Below, in pieces: positions 1-10,043 of a stretch of 32,000 bases of DNA. A program made the translations under genes and the position numbers. Each line of letters starts with the position of its first letter. The stretch's first letter is position 1. The DNA is from Rhodobiaceae bacterium (GTDB lineage Bacteria > Pseudomonadota > Alphaproteobacteria > Rhizobiales > JANQQB01). Location of the stretch: positions 44,678-76,677 of the forward strand of contig JANQQB010000142.1 in the NCBI GenBank assembly GCA_028285165.1, in the 5' to 3' direction. Under the pieces are notes generated by a model. That model did no database searches, was not told the origin of the DNA, and saw nothing but the letters and a program-made list of their open reading frames with translations.

Positions 1-115
1 TTAGATACGCATTTTAGCAGAACGTCATATCAGGTTTGCTCACCGACGCGTGCTTCAGGCCATTGTGATGCGTTGTGTTCGCCGTCGTCGCGCGCCGGTC
101 GGCGCTCCTGCCGCG

Positions 116-1708
116 CTATTCGTTGTTGGATAAAAGGCCGCGACGCGGGGTCTTTGTCTTGCGCGCGCGATGATCGGCATCGAGGCCGGCAATGACCGGC
201 CGAATGGCCTCGACCAGATCCTCCGCGATCAGACCCGGTCCGGCCTCGGCACCGGCGCCGGCATGGACATGGGCGGCCATGGCGGCTGCCTTGAAGGCCG
301 CTATCTTTTGGGCGCCGAGGCCGGCAAGGATTCCCGCCAGAACATCACCCGAACCCGCGGTCGCCAGCCAGGGCGTGGAGTCATGATGGATGATCGCCCG
401 ACCCGAGGGGTCCGCAACAATCGTATCCGGGCCTTTGAGCAACAGCACACAGCCGGCGCGGCGCGCGGCCTCGCGGGCCCCATCCACCTTGGAGACGTCG
501 CCGGATCCGCCGAGATCGGGAAAGAGACGAGCGAACTCTCCTTCGTGGGGTGTCATTACGGTCATCGCCGGGGCTCGATCGGCAATCCGGGAAAACAGAT
601 CGGCCGGGTTGTCTGAAAACAGGGTCAGGGCATCGGCATCGAGCACGACAAACGACCCTGTTTGGAGAGCAATTTCTACCAGTCGCCGTTTGTCCGGCGT
701 CAGCCCAAGACCCGGGCCGATGACCAAGGCGGCTACCCGCTCGTCCGCCACCCTGTCGCAAAAGGCCGCGTCGGTCTTGAAGGCGCGCGTCATAACCGCC
801 GTGGTGTGTGCCGCATTGACCGCCAATGCGTCGCCAGGCGACAGGATCGTCACGAGGCCGGCCCCCGCCCTCAGGGCCGCGCGGGCGGCCAGGCGTATGG
901 CACCCGTCGAAGCAAACGGTCCGGATACAGCAATACAATGACCACGCCGGTATTTGTGGCTGTCCGGCTCGGGGGGTGTCCAGCTGTCCTGCCATAGGCC
1001 GGGCGCGTTTTCGAAAACTGCCGGGCGGATCGACTGCAGAACACGTTCGGGAATGCCGATATCGACACATCTAATGACACCGCACTGCACCTTGCCCGGA
1101 TAGAGGCAATGGCCCGGTTTGCGGCGAAAGAAGGTCACCGTGCGGTCCGCCTTCGCGGCAATCCCCATGATTTGTCCGTTCTCGCCGTTGACGCCGCTTG
1201 GCAGATCGACGCTGACGATCTCGGCGTCGCCGGCATTCATCGCTTCGATCCAGCGCGCCGCATTCCCTTCGATCGGCCTTTGAAGGCCGGCGCCGAACAG
1301 GGCATCGATGATGCATCCGGCATCCGAAAGGATTGCGGCACCATCCGTCTCGACAGGACCTTTCCAGGATTGGCAGGCCAGGGCGGCGTCACCGGTCAGC
1401 CGATCCACAGATCCGAGTAGGGCAAGGCGGACCCGGTATCCGCGGCCGACAAGGAGTCGGGCCGCGACGAACCCGTCGCCGCCGTTGTTTCCGGGTCCGC
1501 ACAAAACAGCGACGGGTGTTCCGTGGGCGTGGCGGTTGGCGACTTCGTCGGCGATCGCCCGACCGGCATTTTCCATCAGATCGATCCCTGGAATGCCACC
1601 GGCGATCGTCATCGCGTCTGCCTTGGCCATCTCGACCGGCGTAAGCAGCGCGTGCATCGGGGCGGTTTCCAGCATCGACGCCCCATTGTCTGCTGTATTT
1701 TTGTTCAT
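116..1708 (-). CDS. nnr: Bifunctional NAD(P)H-hydrate repair enzyme (YjeF_N epimerase + ADP-dependent dehydratase)
   Basis: 530-aa ORF. The N-terminal half has the YjeF_N pattern (VAVLCGPGNNGGDGFVAARLL). The C-terminal half has the YjeF_C/ribokinase-like pattern (KYRRGH, GPGLG, ATAGSGDVLAGI). ATG at 1706-1708; a downstream Met could be the true start. Confidence 0.9.
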   Translation of the reverse strand: MNKNTADNGASMLETAPMHALLTPVEMAKADAMTIAGGIPGIDLMENAGRAIADEVANRHAHGTPVAVLCGPGNNGGDGFVAARLLVGRGYRVRLALLGSVDRLTGDAALACQSWKGPVETDGAAILSDAGCIIDALFGAGLQRPIEGNAARWIEAMNAGDAEIVSVDLPSGVNGENGQIMGIAAKADRTVTFFRRKPGHCLYPGKVQCGVIRCVDIGIPERVLQSIRPAVFENAPGLWQDSWTPPEPDSHKYRRGHCIAVSGPFASTGAIRLAARAALRAGAGLVTILSPGDALAVNAAHTTAVMTRAFKTDAAFCDRVADERVAALVIGPGLGLTPDKRRLVEIALQTGSFVVLDADALTLFSDNPADLFSRIADRAPAMTVMTPHEGEFARLFPDLGGSGDVSKVDGAREAARRAGCVLLLKGPDTIVADPSGRAIIHHDSTPWLATAGSGDVLAGILAGLGAQKIAAFKAAAMAAHVHAGAGAEAGPGLIAEDLVEAIRPVIAGLDADHRARKTKTPRRGLLSNNE

Positions 1709-1952
1709 TTGCCTATTTGTTGCGCATCAAGTGTCGAAAGTCCTGGCCGTATCGGAGGGTGACCTTGGCGAAAACGCCTCATTGCAAGCCGGTACCGTCG
1801 TCTGGTCCGAGACCGTTGCTCGTGCAAGCGGTCCGCTGGAGCGTCGCTTCGCGCCGTCACCGGCGGCCTTATGCTGCGGCGCATCGAAACGGCTTCCGTC
1901 GGAGCCGGTCGCAGGCGGCGAAATGCGAAAGTTTTCAACTCCACCAGCCGGT

Positions 1953-1968
1953 TGGCACGAACCATGCT
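1953..1968 (+). promoter_or_regulatory. Candidate sigma54 (-24/-12) promoter upstream of glnB
   Basis: TGGCACgaaccATGCT. The GG (1954-1955) and GC (1966-1967) are spaced exactly as in the consensus TGGCAC-N5-TTGC, with one mismatch (A for T). It lies 55-70 nt upstream of the glnB ATG. I saw no convincing NtrC-type upstream activator site. Confidence 0.5.
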
Positions 1969-2004
1969 TAGCAGCGTCGGCAAAGTTCTACCAATTGTCA
2001 CTAG

Positions 2005-2361
<357 letters not shown>

Positions 2362-2599
2362 TCAAACTCCCCTTCCCTCCAGCATCCTAGAGTTTCGGGC
2401 GAAAATGTTGAACCCCTTGATGATCGTGATCCGTTTGCACGGCGTGACAAACGGCGCCTAGCCGGCAAGGCTGGAAAGACAGTCAAATGGCTCAGCATTA
2501 TCGCCTGAAACTCCAGCGTATCGGCTGCCGTCCCGGCAATCGGCGCTAAAGCCTCATCCCCCAACTGCAAACACAAATCCAAAACTTGGGAAACCCACA

Positions 2600-4009
2600 A
2601 TGAGCACAGCAAGTGAAGTCTTGAAAACCATTGCCGACAAGGACGTGAAGTTCCTTGATCTCCGGTTCACCGACCCGCGCGGCAAAATGCAGCACGTCAC
2701 GATGGACGCCTCGACGGTCGACGAAGACATGTTCGCAGACGGCGTCATGTTCGACGGCTCTTCGATTGCCGGCTGGAAGGCCATCAACGAATCCCACATG
2801 ACCCTGATGCTGGATCCGGAGACGGCGCACATCGATCCGTTCTTTGCACAGAACACGATGGCAATCTTTTGCGACATCCTGGAGCCGTCGTCAGGCGAGG
2901 CCTATAACCGCGATCCGCGCATGACGGCCAAAAAGGCCGAAGCGTTCGTCAAGTCGTCAGGTGTCGGCGATACCGTGTTCTTCGGACCGGAAGCAGAGTT
3001 CTTCGTGTTCGATGACGTTCGCTTCGCGTCGGACCCCTACAACACAAGCTTCCGCATCGATTCCGCGGAACTGCCGTCCAACATGGATTCCGAGTACGAG
3101 ACCGGAAACATGGGCCACCGTCCGCGTACCAAGGGCGGCTACTTCCCGGTTCCGCCGATCGATTCCGGCCAGGACTATCGCTCCGAAATGCTGTCGGTCA
3201 TGACGGAAATGGGCGTGGTCGTCGAAAAGCACCACCACGAAGTGGGCGCCGCGCAACACGAGCTCGGCATCAAGTTCGACACGTTGACCCGCAACGCCGA
3301 CAAGCTGCAGATCTACAAGTACGTCGTGCACCAGGTTGCCCATGCCTACGGCAAGAGCGCGACCTTCATGCCGAAACCGGTCTTTGGCGACAACGGCACC
3401 GGCATGCATTGCCACCAGTCAATCTGGAAGGACGGCGAACCGCTTTTTGCCGGCAACCAATACGCCGACCTGTCGGAAGCCTGCCTGTATTACATCGGCG
3501 GTATCCTTAAGCACGCCAAGGCGATCAACGCCTTCACCAACCCGTCGACCAATTCCTACAAGCGTCTGGTCCCGGGTTACGAGGCCCCGGTCCTTCTGGC
3601 CTATTCGGCCCGCAACCGCTCGGCATCCTGCCGGATCCCGTTCACGTCGTCGCCGAAAGGCAAGCGTATCGAGATCCGCTTCCCGGATCCGACGGCGAAC
3701 CCGTATCTTGGCTTTACCGCGATGCTGATGGCCGGCCTTGACGGCATTCAGAACAAAATCCATCCAGGCGAGCCGATGGACAAGGACCTCTACGACCTGC
3801 CGCCGGAAGAGCTGAAGGGCATTCCGACCGTTTGCGGCTCGCTGCGGGAAGCAATTGAAAGCCTCGACGCGGACCGCGACTTCCTGAAGGCCGGCGGTGT
3901 GATGGACGACGATCAGATCGACGCCTATGTCGAACTGAAGATGGAAGAAGTCATTCGTTTCGAACACACGCCGCACCCGGTCGAGTTCGACATGTACTAT
4001 TCCGTCTGA
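2600..4009 (+). CDS. glnA: Glutamine synthetase type I
   Basis: 469 aa with GSI hallmarks ([39 protein letters not shown]). The adenylylation-site motif [11 protein letters not shown] is present. Confidence 0.98.
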   Translation: MSTASEVLKTIADKDVKFLDLRFTDPRGKMQHVTMDASTVDEDMFADGVMFDGSSIAGWKAINESHMTLMLDPETAHIDPFFAQNTMAIFCDILEPSSGEAYNRDPRMTAKKAEAFVKSSGVGDTVFFGPEAEFFVFDDVRFASDPYNTSFRIDSAELPSNMDSEYETGNMGHRPRTKGGYFPVPPIDSGQDYRSEMLSVMTEMGVVVEKHHHEVGAAQHELGIKFDTLTRNADKLQIYKYVVHQVAHAYGKSATFMPKPVFGDNGTGMHCHQSIWKDGEPLFAGNQYADLSEACLYYIGGILKHAKAINAFTNPSTNSYKRLVPGYEAPVLLAYSARNRSASCRIPFTSSPKGKRIEIRFPDPTANPYLGFTAMLMAGLDGIQNKIHPGEPMDKDLYDLPPEELKGIPTVCGSLREAIESLDADRDFLKAGGVMDDDQIDAYVELKMEEVIRFEHTPHPVEFDMYYSV

Positions 4010-4045
4010 CCGGACTTTCGGATTTAGGGCCCGTTGCCCGATCGA

Positions 4046-4075
4046 GGCCCCGGCGCATCGCGCCGGGGCCTTTTT
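4046..4075 (+). terminator. Rho-independent terminator of glnA
   Basis: Perfect 11-bp GC-rich stem GGCCCCGGCGC / GCGCCGGGGCC (4046-4056 / 4060-4070) with a 3-nt loop, followed by TTTTT (4071-4075). It lies 37 nt after the glnA stop. Confidence 0.85.
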
Positions 4076-4254
4076 GCATTCGGCGTGGCGTGTTGGTAGC
4101 CGACCGCGAGAGCCAGGACCAAGATCTCTGCGCTCGCAGATTTTCGCCGCCGGCGACAGGACGCTCGCACACGGCACGGAAAAAGTCCTAAGATGGCCGA
4201 TACCGATGCCGCGCGATGGGCGGTTCTCCAACGCTTTCCGGAAAGGATGAGGGC

Positions 4255-4890
4255 ATGCAGGATTCGCAACAGACCGTTAAATTCACACGGATGGATGCCG
4301 GCGATCGCGAGGATTACGAATTCCTGACCCGGCACGAGATCGAGTACACCAAGGGCACGGCCAGCCGGTTGTTGCGCGCGCTGGTCGATCTCGATGAAAG
4401 CCTTTCCGGCTACAAGGTCACCCGGCTCGGCCACTCGCTGCAATCGGCAACCCGGGCGTGGAACGACGGGGCGGATATAGACTGGATCGTGGCCGCGCTC
4501 TTGCACGATATCGGTGACATCTATGCGCCCTACAATCACGACGAATATGCCGCCGCGATCCTGAAACCGTTCCTGCGCGAGCAATGCACGTGGACGGTCG
4601 AGGCGCACGGCGATTTTCAAAAACTCTATTACATGCACCATCTCGGCGGTGACCGGCACGCGCGCGACCGACACCGCGACAGTCCCTACTTTCAGGATTG
4701 CGCGGATTTTTGCGAGTTCTGGGACCAACGCAGTTTCGATCCGGACTATCAGACTCTGCCACTGGACTTCTTTCGGCCGATGGTGGAGACCGTTTTCGCC
4801 CGCAAGGCCTATGATCCCGATGTCATCCGAACCGGCGAGCGCGTTCCTCTGCGCGATCCGGCGGTGGCCGCGGAGCGGCAGGCATCCTGA
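4255..4890 (+). CDS. HD-domain protein of the PhnZ/COG4341-like family (putative mixed-valent diiron oxygenase; substrate unknown)
   Basis: Shows motifs at the positions I recall for the six PhnZ metal ligands: LGHSLQ, AALLHDIGD, YNHDEYAAAIL, VEAHGDF, FWDQRSFDP. I prefer the ATG at 4255 (GGATGAGGG Shine-Dalgarno-like sequence upstream) over the ORF-track start at 4216. Confidence 0.75.
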   Translation: MQDSQQTVKFTRMDAGDREDYEFLTRHEIEYTKGTASRLLRALVDLDESLSGYKVTRLGHSLQSATRAWNDGADIDWIVAALLHDIGDIYAPYNHDEYAAAILKPFLREQCTWTVEAHGDFQKLYYMHHLGGDRHARDRHRDSPYFQDCADFCEFWDQRSFDPDYQTLPLDFFRPMVETVFARKAYDPDVIRTGERVPLRDPAVAAERQAS

Positions 4891-4950
4891 CACCGTCAGG
4901 TCTCGAACGCTCTCCCAAATCCGGCTTCAAGAGCGTCCGGGTGCCGCCTG

Positions 4951-6213
4951 CTATTCGGCCGGAACCGACGCCGCCTCGGGCGTCGGCAGTTTTCGCGGCA
5001 GGGCCGCAACGGCGCATAATATGACCAGCGCGGCACCGGCGAGAATGCGGAACAGGGTGTCGAACCCCCAATATTCATAAACGAACGCGACGAGCGGCAG
5101 GGTCAGCGCCAGGACGGAAAAGGCGACGACATACCGAACGCCGTAGATGCGAGCGCGGTAGGCGCCGCTGGCCATCTTGCCGATCATGTAATCGTTGATC
5201 GGGATCTGTCCGAAGGCGCCGAGCATGAAGCCGAGGGCAACGGCGAAGGCGATGGCATCCGTCAATCCGGGCATCAACGAAAAGAACAGGATCTGCATCA
5301 GCGCGACGGTCATGAAGACCGACCGCGGTCCATAACGGTCCAGCGCCATACCAACGACGAGCTGAGCGAGCGAGGCGACCGCGAACACAATGAATGTCAA
5401 CGATCCGACAATCGTCGCGGTGTCGCCCTGCCCGCTCTCGGCGATTGCACCGGACCAAGACGAAAACTGCTCGGCCAACCCTTGCAAGCGTTCGTCGAAA
5501 ATCTTCGGCAACGCAAACGTCGTCGATTGGAAAATGATGGAGGAAACGGCGGTCGTGAAAAAGACGATCGCGGAAACCCGAACGAGCAACGCCCGGTAAG
5601 ACGCGGCCGGCACTGTCTGGGACGTGACCGCGGAGGTCTGCGACGGCACTCCGTCCGCTTGAATGGTGTCCCATTGGGCGGCCAGATAAACGAGGCCGAC
5701 GCCGATCGTAACCAGACCCGGCAGGATGAACGCCAACCGCCAACCGCCATTGTCGATCAGAAAGCCGGTGACAAGGGCCGCGCAGGCGACGCCGAGATTG
5801 CCCCAAACGCCGTTCGCCGCGATGCGCATTCCGATGTTGCGCCATTTCGAGGTGACGATGGCCAGACCAACCGGATGATAGATGGCGGCAAAGATGCCGA
5901 TCGCGAACAACCCGACGCCGATCTGAAACGGCGTCTGCGTGAAGCCGGTCGCAATGGATGCCACGCCGATGCCAATGAAAAACACCACCATCATGCCATC
6001 GCGGCTCCACCGGTCCGCCAGCCAGCCCGCCGGCAGTGAGAAGAGACCGAAGGCGACAAAACCCGGCGTCGCGTAGGCGAGAAGCTCGGCATATCCGACC
6101 CCCCATTCGCGATGCAGGGCCAGGGCCGCGACGGTCGCGAAAATCAGGGTGAATAGGTGGTCGAGAAAATGCCCCACATTCAAAAGCAGGAAATGCAGTT
6201 GGTCCCTGTTCAT
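4951..6213 (-). CDS. MFS transporter (12-TM type)
   Basis: Highly hydrophobic ORF with repeated TM segments and an MFS-like loop motif (GWLADRWSRDG). I prefer the ATG at 6211-6213 (MNRDQLHFLL, AAGGTG Shine-Dalgarno-like sequence about 8 nt upstream) over the GTG at 6261 used by the ORF track. Confidence 0.85.
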   Translation of the reverse strand: MNRDQLHFLLLNVGHFLDHLFTLIFATVAALALHREWGVGYAELLAYATPGFVAFGLFSLPAGWLADRWSRDGMMVVFFIGIGVASIATGFTQTPFQIGVGLFAIGIFAAIYHPVGLAIVTSKWRNIGMRIAANGVWGNLGVACAALVTGFLIDNGGWRLAFILPGLVTIGVGLVYLAAQWDTIQADGVPSQTSAVTSQTVPAASYRALLVRVSAIVFFTTAVSSIIFQSTTFALPKIFDERLQGLAEQFSSWSGAIAESGQGDTATIVGSLTFIVFAVASLAQLVVGMALDRYGPRSVFMTVALMQILFFSLMPGLTDAIAFAVALGFMLGAFGQIPINDYMIGKMASGAYRARIYGVRYVVAFSVLALTLPLVAFVYEYWGFDTLFRILAGAALVILCAVAALPRKLPTPEAASVPAE

Positions 6214-6336
6214 GCAAAGCACCTTTCGGCCATGACGGAGCGGTTCCTCGGTGAACCGCACCGATGTCGCGTGCCCAGACTACCCTTGTCTGTTTTTCGG
6301 CGTCATGCCATTTTTCGTCGAAATTCGGCCAAACAA

Positions 6337-6360
6337 GATCTCTGTACAGGAGCACAGATC
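6337..6360. promoter_or_regulatory. Imperfect inverted repeat in the MFS/AraC divergent region (candidate operator)
   Basis: GATCTCTGTACAGGAGCACAGATC. The outer arms GATCTcTG / CAcAGATC pair at 7 of 8 positions. It contains the perfect 8-bp palindrome CTGTACAG. Location between two divergent genes is the only functional argument. Confidence 0.25.
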
Positions 6361-6430
6361 CGTGGCTGCCGCCGATTCCCGGAGCACCGATCCACACGAC
6401 TACCAGAATCGCCCCGAGCCGATCGGCGCG

Positions 6431-7168
6431 ATGGCAAAGCAGTTCGCCGACGGCTTCGTCATACCGCCGCATCACCACACGCGGGATCAGTTGCTCTATG
6501 CGATAAGCGGTGTCATGCGCGTGCGGACCGATGAGGAAGCGTGGATCGTGCCTCCTGATGGCGCTGCCTATATTCGGGCCGGGATAAGGCACTCGGTCAG
6601 CATGCACGGCATGGTCGACATGCGCACGCTCTATATCGATCCGGACGGCGCGCGATGGACCGGTTCGGACTTGAGCGTCGTTGCCGTTTCAGGCTTGTTG
6701 CGGGAACTGATCTGCGCCTTGGTCGAGGAACCGGTCGGCTATGGAACCGGCAGCCGCGGCAGCCTCATCGCCCGGCTGATCCTGCAGGAAATCGCCCGGG
6801 CTCCGGCCCTGTCCCTCCACATACCGCTGCCCAAAGATGCGCGGCTGCAGCGCTTGTGCGCCGAACTCATTGCCGATCCTTCGGACCGCAGAACTCTCGA
6901 CGCGTGGGCTGATGTTGCCGGCGCGTCAGCACGGACACTTGCACGCCTGTTCAAGCGCGATCTGGGTTTGAGCTTCGTTGCATGGCGCCAGCGGGTGCGG
7001 TTCCAGAATGCCCTTGAAGATCTGTCTCGCGGCTTGCCGATCTCACAGATTGCGGACCGGCACGGCTATCGCAGCGCCAGCGCGTTTTCCGCAGCTTTCG
7101 GAAAGGCGACGGGGCGTCCTCCCTCGAAAGTGGCGCCGGCCCCGGCGCCGGATCGATCGCTTTCTTAG
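6431..7168 (+). CDS. AraC family transcriptional regulator (N-terminal cupin + C-terminal HTH)
   Basis: Cupin-like N-terminus (VIPPHHHTRDQLLYAISGVMRV) and a C-terminal AraC-type double HTH (ARTLARLFKRDLGLSFVAWRQRVR ... IADRHGYRSASAFSAAFGKATG). I place the start at Met61 of the track ORF (ATG 6431), because the upstream extension is Arg/Pro-rich and overlaps the promoter region. The start is uncertain. Confidence 0.82.
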   Translation: MAKQFADGFVIPPHHHTRDQLLYAISGVMRVRTDEEAWIVPPDGAAYIRAGIRHSVSMHGMVDMRTLYIDPDGARWTGSDLSVVAVSGLLRELICALVEEPVGYGTGSRGSLIARLILQEIARAPALSLHIPLPKDARLQRLCAELIADPSDRRTLDAWADVAGASARTLARLFKRDLGLSFVAWRQRVRFQNALEDLSRGLPISQIADRHGYRSASAFSAAFGKATGRPPSKVAPAPAPDRSLS

Positions 7169-7188
7169 GTTCGTTCGAGTAAAGGTGC

Positions 7189-9960
7189 TCAGGCAGCGCT
7201 TGCCAGCCGCGACAGCGCATCGGCGATTTTGGATTTCTTCGACAGCGCTTCCTCGCGTCGCTCTTTCTGCTCTTCCACGACCTCTTCCGGCGCGCGCGCC
7301 AGGAAATTGTCGTTGCCGAGCTTGGCGTCGATCTTCTGAATGTCCTTGTCGAGCTTGCTCAGTTCCTTTTCGAGGCGTTGGCGCTCGGCGTCGAAATCGA
7401 TGACACCGGCAAGCGGCAGACAAGCGACGTCGGGGCCGAGCACGATCTGAGCGGACCCCTGCGGCGGCAGGTCGGCCGTGTCGATCCGGTCGATGCGGGC
7501 AAGGCGCTTGATCGCTGCGGCATGTCGTTCAAGCCTCAGGGACGTCGTTTCCCCTGGCTTGATCATCACGAGCGGGATCGTCGCGGCCGCTGGAACGTTC
7601 ATTTCCGATCGCACCGAACGCACGGTCGAGATCAGATCGACCAGCCAGCCCATTTCCTCTGCGGCCGGATCATCGGTCAGGACGGCTTCCGGCCAGGCGG
7701 CGTTCACGAGCATCGTATCGCGCGCCGGTCCAACCTTGCCGGTCTCGGCCCATAATTCCTCCGTGACAAACGGAATGAACGGATGCAACAGCATCAGCAT
7801 CTGGTCGATGGTCCAGGCTGCTGTCGCCCGCGTTTCGGCCTTTGCCGTTTCGTCGGTTCCGTTCAAGACCGGTTTGATGAGCTCCAGGTACCAGTCGCAG
7901 AACGTGTTCCAGACGAACTGGTAGATTGCGGCCGCCGCCTCGTTGAACTTGAACTCGTCAAGGCCTGCCGAAACGCCGATCACGGCCTTTCGCGCCTCAT
8001 GCACGATCCATCGGTTGACCGGTTCCGTACAGGTGGATGGGTCGAAACCGGCGACCCGAACACACTGATTCATTTCGCAGAACCGAGTCGCGTTCCACAA
8101 TTTGGTGCCGAAGTTCCGGTAACCGGCCACCCGCGACTTGGCGAGTTTGATGTCGCGACCCTGGGCGGCCATGGCAGCGAGCGTGAAGCGCAAGGCGTCG
8201 GCACCGAATTCGTCGCACAGGTCCAGCGGATCGATGACATTGCCCTTGGACTTCGACATCTTGGCGCCCTTCTCGTCCCGGACGAGCGCATGGATATAGA
8301 CCGTGTGAAACGGCTCCTCTTCCATGAAGTGCAGGCCGGACATCATCATCCGCGCCACCCAGAAAAAGATGATGTCGAACGCAGTCACGAGGACGTCGGT
8401 CTGGTAATAGCGTTTCAGTTCCGGCGTTTCTTCCGGCCATCCAAGCGTCGAGAACGGCCAAAGTGCGGATGAGAACCAGGTGTCGAGCACGTCTTCTTCG
8501 CGATAAAGAAGCGGCTTTTCCGCGTTGCCGGACTGCCAGGCCGCCAGTGCCTCGGATTTCGAGACGACCGTGCAGGCATTGCCGTAATGGGCGGCTGCCG
8601 CTTCGAGAACGCGGTCTTCTGTCATTTCGACAAAGATCTTGCCGTCCGGTCCGTACCAGGCCGGAATCTGGTGACCCCACCACAATTGACGGGAGATGCA
8701 CCACGGTTCGATGTTTTCCATCCAATCGTAATAGGTGCGCTCCCAGTTCTGCGGCACGAACTTCGTGCGACCCTGGCGCACCGCGTCGATCGCGGGCCCG
8801 GCGAGCGTCTTGGCGTCGACATACCATTGGTCGGTCAGGTACGGCTCGATCGGCACGTTGCCGCGATCGCCATGCGGCACCATGTGGGTGTGGTCCTCGA
8901 CCTCGACGAGGAGACCGCGTGTCTCCATCATGTCGACGACCGCCTTGCGGACCATGAACCTGTCCTGTCCGTGCAGTGCGAGGACCGCATCGAGATCCGG
9001 CCCTGCTGCCGTGCCCTCGAGAAAGTCCTCGTTGTCTTTCAGATCCAGATCGGCTTCAGGTCCGAAGACATTGATCACGCGCAGCGATTGGCGCTTTCCG
9101 ACGTCGAAGTCGTTGAAATCGTGCGCCGGCGTGATCTTGACCGCGCCCGATCCGGTTTCCGGATCGGCATAATGGTCCGCGACAATCGGGATCCGTCGTC
9201 CGACCAGCGGCAGCACCACATGTCGGCCGATCAGGTCCTGGTAACGCGGGTCGTCCGGGTGCACGGCAACTCCGGTGTCGCCGAGCATGGTTTCCGGTCG
9301 GGTCGTCGCGACAATTATGGAGCGATCGCCTTCTCCCTCCACGGGGTAGCGAAAATGCCAGAGGCGGCCCTTGGTTTCGATCTGAACCACTTCCAGGTCC
9401 GAGATCGCGGTCATCAGTTTCGGATCCCAGTTGACCAGGCGCATGTCGCGGTAGATCAGGCCCTCTTTGTGGAGATCGACGAACACTTTCAGGACGGCAC
9501 GGGACAACCCGTCATCCATGGTGAAGCGTTCGCGGCTCCAGTCACACGACGCGCCAAGCCGTCGCAATTGATTGCTGATGCGATCCCCGGATTCGCGCTT
9601 CCAATCCCAGACCTTGTTGAGGAAGGCCTCCCGACCGATGGTGCGGCGGTCGGGTTCCTGACGCTCCATCATCTGCCGTTCGACGACCATTTGCGTTGCA
9701 ATGCCGGCATGGTCGGTTCCCGGCTGCCACAACACGTCCTTTCCCTGCATGCGGGCCTGGCGGATCAGAATGTCCTGGAGTGTATTGTTGAGCGCATGCC
9801 CCATATGGAGCGAGCCGGTCACATTCGGCGGCGGGATAACGATACAGAAACTCTCTGCGTCCGGTTTTGCTCCGGATCCCGCTTTAAAGGCGCCCGAGGT
9901 TTCCCACGACTCGTAAATGCGCGGCTCTGCCGAGGCCGCGTCGAATGTTTTTTCCAGCAT
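7189..9960 (-). CDS. valS: Valine--tRNA ligase
   Basis: 923 aa with class I aaRS motifs: HIGH-type (PPNVTGSLHMGHAL) and KMSKS (GAKMSKSKGN). The C-terminal coiled-coil tail is typical of ValRS. Confidence 0.98.
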   Translation of the reverse strand: MLEKTFDAASAEPRIYESWETSGAFKAGSGAKPDAESFCIVIPPPNVTGSLHMGHALNNTLQDILIRQARMQGKDVLWQPGTDHAGIATQMVVERQMMERQEPDRRTIGREAFLNKVWDWKRESGDRISNQLRRLGASCDWSRERFTMDDGLSRAVLKVFVDLHKEGLIYRDMRLVNWDPKLMTAISDLEVVQIETKGRLWHFRYPVEGEGDRSIIVATTRPETMLGDTGVAVHPDDPRYQDLIGRHVVLPLVGRRIPIVADHYADPETGSGAVKITPAHDFNDFDVGKRQSLRVINVFGPEADLDLKDNEDFLEGTAAGPDLDAVLALHGQDRFMVRKAVVDMMETRGLLVEVEDHTHMVPHGDRGNVPIEPYLTDQWYVDAKTLAGPAIDAVRQGRTKFVPQNWERTYYDWMENIEPWCISRQLWWGHQIPAWYGPDGKIFVEMTEDRVLEAAAAHYGNACTVVSKSEALAAWQSGNAEKPLLYREEDVLDTWFSSALWPFSTLGWPEETPELKRYYQTDVLVTAFDIIFFWVARMMMSGLHFMEEEPFHTVYIHALVRDEKGAKMSKSKGNVIDPLDLCDEFGADALRFTLAAMAAQGRDIKLAKSRVAGYRNFGTKLWNATRFCEMNQCVRVAGFDPSTCTEPVNRWIVHEARKAVIGVSAGLDEFKFNEAAAAIYQFVWNTFCDWYLELIKPVLNGTDETAKAETRATAAWTIDQMLMLLHPFIPFVTEELWAETGKVGPARDTMLVNAAWPEAVLTDDPAAEEMGWLVDLISTVRSVRSEMNVPAAATIPLVMIKPGETTSLRLERHAAAIKRLARIDRIDTADLPPQGSAQIVLGPDVACLPLAGVIDFDAERQRLEKELSKLDKDIQKIDAKLGNDNFLARAPEEVVEEQKERREEALSKKSKIADALSRLASAA

Positions 9961-10043
9961 GTCCGGCGTCTCTAACGGAAAATCAGTGTGCGCCGTGTAA
10001 ATCGAAATCGATCCGGCAAGTCAACAGGTCCGCGATCTTCCGG

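Noticed and set aside
4907-4936. 7-bp inverted repeat ACGCTCT / AGAGCGT between the convergent HD and MFS genes.
   Set aside because: With a 16-nt loop, a short stem and no U-tract, it is too weak to call a terminator.
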